NCBI RefSeq assembly: GCF_964355755.1 | Contig: NC_092679.1 | Span: forward strand, 92,201-156,200 | From: Antedon mediterranea | Taxonomy: Eukaryota > Animalia > Echinodermata | DNA: 64,000 bases | Reading direction: 5' to 3' | In this document: in pieces, positions 59,601 to 64,000 of the stretch | How positions within the stretch are numbered: the stretch's first letter is position 1 | Layout of the letters: each line of letters opens with the position of its first letter | The notes under the pieces: model-generated | Seen by the model: the letters and a program-made list of their open reading frames with translations, nothing else | What the model was told of the DNA's origin: nothing | Databases searched by the model: none | Translations under genes and position numbers: made by a program

Positions 59601-62600
59601 TATGTGATTATTATTACCTGTATCTGTGTTTTTATTTTCAAACAGATAATGGGAATGCCATTTGAGTTGGCAATAAGAATTCAATTGAATATCCAGACAA
59701 TAAAAAGCTCATCTATAAAGTATGTATGTCCTTATGTTTGATTGAAATTTATATTTATACTGGGTAACCTCTTCAGTCAAAGACTGGTCTCCCAGAGGGC
59801 CCAGTTTGTGATCAGTGGCTGTGATGTACTAATACACCGGGGTAAACCCCCTACTCGTCTCGAAAGATGTACTAGGTTCTTTAAAGTGCACACAAGCTAG
59901 ATGTGTACACTGGACCTACGGTTTATAGTCCTTATCCGAGAAGACTCGTTCTACCACCAGAACCATGGAGTGAGTGAGCCTCGAACCCCTGCCAATGTTA
60001 TGGCTACGTAATTACGGTTCCACTGTCTTAACCGCTCGGCCACTCACTCACTCATGTTACTGTTGATATTAACTTATTTTGGAAATAATATCTCCTAAGC
60101 TTTTTGAGTTATTCTGGAAATTCTTTTTCTGTGATGTTGTTAGTAGTTTAAGATAATGTTTCCACTTTTATTTACAAATAAATTCAAATCAAATTGTACC
60201 CCTTTTACATTCTGCAGAGTTTATCTGGACAATAGCTTGATTTGCTTTGATTTTATTCAGGTTTCAACATAAAATTACAAAACAAAAAATTAAAAATACA
60301 AGAAACCTAGGATATCCCATAAAGTATTGCACAGTACACAAGAAACCTAGGATAGCCCATAAAGTATTGCACAGTACACAAGAAACCTAGGATAGCCCAT
60401 AAAGTATTGCACAGTACACAAGAAACCTAGGATAGCCCATAAAGTATTGCACAGCACACAAGAAACCTAGGATAGCCCATAAAGTATTGCACAGCACACA
60501 AGAAACCTAGGATAGCCCATAAAGTATTGCACAGCACACAAGAAACCTAGGATAGCCCATAAAGTATTGCACAGCACACAAGAAACCTAGGATAGCCCAT
60601 AAAGTATTGCACAGCACACAAGAAACCTAGGATAGCCCATAAAGTATTGCACAGCACACAAGAAACCTAGGATAGCCTATAAAGTATTGCACAGTACACA
60701 AGAAACCTAGGATAGCCCATAAAGTATTGCACAGTACACAAGAAACCTAGGATAGCCCATAAAGTATTGCACAGCACACAAGAAACCTAGGATAGCCCAT
60801 AAAGTATTGCACAGTACACAAGAAACCTAGGATAGCCCATAAAGTATTGCACAGCACACAAGAAACCTAGGATAGCCCATAAAGTATTGCACAGCACACA
60901 AGAAACCTAGGATAGCCCATAAAGTATTGCACAGCACACAAGAAACCTAGGATAGCCCATAAAGTATTGCACAGCACACAAGAAACCTAGGATAGCCCAT
61001 AAAGTATTGCACAGCACACAAGAAACCTAGGATATCCCATAAAGTATTGCACAGCACACAAGAAACCTAGGATAGCCCATAAAGTATTGCACAGTACACA
61101 AGAAACCTAGGATAGCCCATAAAGTATTGCACAGTACACAAGAAACCTAGGATAGCCCATAAAGTATTGCACAGTACACAAGAAACCTAGGATAGCCTAT
61201 AAAGTATTGCACAGTACACAAGAAACCTAGGATAGCCCATAAAGTATTGCACAATACACAAGAAACCTAGGATAGCCCATAAAGTATTGCACAGTACACA
61301 AGAAACCTAGGATAGCCCATAAAGTATTGCACAGCACACAAGAAACCTAGGATAGCCCATAAAGTATTGCACAGCACACAAGAAACCTAGGATAGCCCAT
61401 AAAGTATTGCACAGTACACAAGAAACCTAGGATAGCCCATAAAGTATTGCACAGTACACAAGAAACCTAGGATAGCCCATAAAGTATTGCACAGTACACA
61501 AGAAACCTAGGATAGCCCATAAAGTATTGCACAGTACACAAGAAACCTAGGATAGCCCATAAAGTCGAAAAAAAACCAACTTATTTCCAATGGGGTCCTA
61601 TTATCATAAACTTTAGCGACAAAAACATAAAACGGTAAAATTACAAATACGAGTACACAAAAAAAATGGCATAGAGAAATAGACTTATAAAATATGATAC
61701 ACTGAAAATGTGATGACTATAAATAAATAATAAATACATGCAATTATATATTTGTTATAATGGTATGAGACTCGATAAATGCTTTTTAACATCTTGACAA
61801 TGTCAAATGTGTTTTATTCCTTAGATTCCACTTCCCTTTGAAGCTTGGGGCTTCATTTTATGAACCACATTTAAATAGATAATTAGCATCTATTACAATT
61901 AACATAAGTGGTGCATTAGCAGGGTTGACAGTAGAGGCCAAACCAATTACAGTAAATCTAATTTTTTCTCTATGACACTGTTCAACGGAAGTTTGTTCGA
62001 TTCCTGTCTTATAACTGTGTTAATTTTGCCTTTTCCATTGATTCTGTCAGCAATCGTCGAACGATATCTGATATGGTTTTTTTATATAATATTTTAAATT
62101 CTAAATATGACTGTTCATTAATTTCACTATTTAGTTTAAATGTTCCTGGTCGTACACGAAATAGACATTTATTGCATATTCCTTTTAGCCGTGTCGACTG
62201 TACTAAGAGGGGACTTTTTCATAGACTACCTTATACATTTAATAATCTAAATAGCAATCATATCGATATTTTTAATGATAGACTTGGTTATTTTAAGAGG
62301 ACGATGATGTGTTCACTTCTTGAACAGTCTGCATAACCTGTTTTAATTGAAATTTTTTATGGCATGCCAATCTATGTTTTATATATATATTTATATATTT
62401 TATCTGTATTTTATTGTTAACCGTTTTTGATGTTGTATTGTTTTATGTTTCAAACCTGTTAGTGGCGGTATTTATCGCTGTTGGTTTTAATTGAATAAAA
62501 TAAAAAATAAAAATAAAAATAAAAGAAGAGATTATTTTGTTGACCAATTATTACTTAAAAACTTAAATATATATAAAACTAAATTATCAATAAAACAGTT

Positions 62601-63630
62601 TGGATTTGTTATTTTTGCAGACAAACAGGAAATATACAGACATTACAATTTCCTATCTTGTGGTTTGAAGAGGTAAGGGCTTAGTATTTTGATCCCATCA
62701 TGTTGGAAAATAATACCCTATGATAATATGTACAATATGTTGTATACTGTATGCTTATATTAGTTGATGTTAATTGTTAATTATAATGTTTATAATGGTA
62801 CTAGTTTAATTGATGAATGATGAAAATAATTTGTTTGAAAACTACAATTTTGAAACATTCGATCCTTTCCTTCCAAGAAACAAACAAAGAAAAGTGATTT
62901 GAATTGAAAAATGAATAAACAAACAATCTTAAAATAGACCTGATGATGGGCTATGCCGAGTCATGTTAGTAAATTTATATTGAGGCAGTTTTAACTTGTT
63001 TGATTTTGATTTTATCGATCTATTCCGCATACGCAGCTCTTTTATTTATATTTATATACAACCCTAAAATAGTACAGTATGTACAAAATATCGCATCAAC
63101 CTGAGTTTTCGGCATGTATTGAATATAGGACTATTCCATTATTTCTATAGGGGTGTTACAAAATATAGAATGTAATAATGTGAAGTTTGTCATTATTATT
63201 ATTATAATGTTTTTAATTATTTAGATTGTTACTGTAGACAATGACACAGTAAAACAATACAATGATGGTATTGGTTTAGCATTGACTTGTAGTAATGTTG
63301 TAAAGTATGTGATGACAGGAATTAGTGCCTTACTAGTTATGATAGCAGTTATTATATTTACACGCAAAGAGAGGCTTACAAAAAAAGTAAGTTATATTAT
63401 AATCTACTGGATGATTGCAAGATAGTTTGTTATCGGTGCTTGATAAATTGTGACATTCCTGAATAAAAATAATACTTAGAATTTTGTTTAATGATTTTAT
63501 TATGACCTTATATTAAATGTACATTGTTATGTAATATTAACATTCACTTTTTGTAAATATGTATTTCTCTTAGATGAAAGCAGAAACAAAAAGTGTACAA
63601 ACCACTGAGAAGACACCATTATTAAATTGA
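53651..63630 (+). CDS. CD36-family scavenger receptor class B (LIMP-2/SCARB2-like), 12 coding exons, ~487 aa
   Basis: Exons 53651-53764, 54962-55119, 55664-55805, 55967-56170, 56403-56541, 57469-57538, 58945-59117, 59339-59457, 59646-59719, 62621-62672, 63225-63386, 63574-63630 (1464 nt). N- and C-terminal TMs. Motifs: FYFFEVLNP..KPQLKERGPYAYR, LMWGYED, MINGTDG, DLCRS, ISNPHFL, GLHPN, RIQLN, PILWFEE. Tail EKTPLL. Confidence 0.93.
57579..58680. mobile_element. PIF/Harbinger non-autonomous element (1.1 kb)
   Basis: TTA|GGCCCTGTTCAGACCCATGGCGTTAGATCGTTTTAGCGTAC ... GTACGCTAAAACGGTCTAACGCCATGGGTCTGAACAGGGCC|TTA: ~40-bp TIR, 3-bp TTA TSD, repeated sub-terminal motifs. Confidence 0.92.
59735..60052 (-). 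mobile_element. Full-length tRNA-derived SINE (MetaSINE-like central domain)
   Basis: Minus strand: GAGTGAGTGGCCGAGCGGTTAAG (A box), GGTTCGAGGC (B box), central GGATAAGGACTATAAACCGTAGGTCC...GCACTTTAAAGAACC...GAGTAGGGG, AT-rich tail. Confidence 0.8.
60298..61565. repeat. 40-bp minisatellite, ~32 copies, inside a retroelement 3' end
   Basis: Unit ACAAGAAACCTAGGATAGCCCATAAAGTATTGCACAGYAC. Confidence 0.97.
61990..62525 (+). mobile_element. LINE 3'-terminal fragment (CR1/Jockey-like ORF2 C-terminus, 3' UTR and tail)
   Basis: RR..SDMVFLYNILN...SLNVPGRTR...FHRLP..FN resembles the post-RT region of LINE ORF2. Ends in an (AATAAA)n tail at ~62495-62524. Confidence 0.65.
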
Positions 63631-64000
63631 ATAGAAAAGCAAGAACCACAAAGTATGGTAGGCACATATATGAGATGTCCACCTTTAAAAGATAAAAAGC
63701 AGCAACCAAATAATGTTAACATTTTTGTTTTAAAGATTGTTTTTACATACTATGTGTTCATTTAAGCTTTAAATTTGTACCTTGAACAATTTTGGAAAAC
63801 AACTTTTAATTAGTTTTTACCAAATGCAGCTTTGTGATGTAAATGTAACAGTATTGGATTATAATGACTTTAAACACTGGAAAATTGTGAAAACAATATC
63901 GTCGTGTGTAAATATATGTTTTTTTAAATGAAAAATCCTGAAATGATTTAAAGTCTATATTGCAAAAAGTTAATTTTGTACTGAACAATTTTAGAAAACA

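Noticed and set aside
59960-60052. tRNA gene (Ser/Leu-like A and B boxes)
   Set aside because: No proper cloverleaf, and the sequence continues into a SINE body and tail.
19705-61565. Regular 40-71-bp arrays as CRISPR arrays
   Set aside because: Units are contiguous with no unique spacers, there are no cas genes, and the context is eukaryotic. They are minisatellites.

Overview
AT-rich, intron-containing animal genomic DNA, not prokaryotic. It is probably an invertebrate deuterostome such as an echinoderm; this is inferred from protein similarity, intron architecture and repeat types. I reconstructed nine protein-coding genes by hand using GT-AG junctions and continuous reading frames: Rab4 (-), a divergent ARF-family GTPase (+, head-to-head with Rab4), two intronless convergent FABP/CRABP-like genes, cytosolic TrpRS/WARS (+), LRRC73 (-), an IkB/cactus gene (+, head-to-head with LRRC73), SYNJ2BP/OMP25 (+) and a CD36-family LIMP-2/SCARB2-like receptor (+). 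Introns and spacers hold many non-autonomous DNA transposons (Kolobok-, Harbinger-, Tc1/mariner-, Ginger- and Helentron-like), LINE and SINE fragments, a nested 4-kb fold-back composite element and several minisatellites. The most notable observations are: four kB sites around and within the IkB gene (predicted NF-kB feedback); dense CTAG/TAGGCCTA palindrome clusters just downstream of the first exon of housekeeping genes; a tandem array that amplified a WARS exon end together with its splice donor; a 1.8-kb hairpin minisatellite probably inside the IkB 3' UTR; and a minisatellite that grew out of a retroelement tail. Coordinates were read by eye and no database searches were run.
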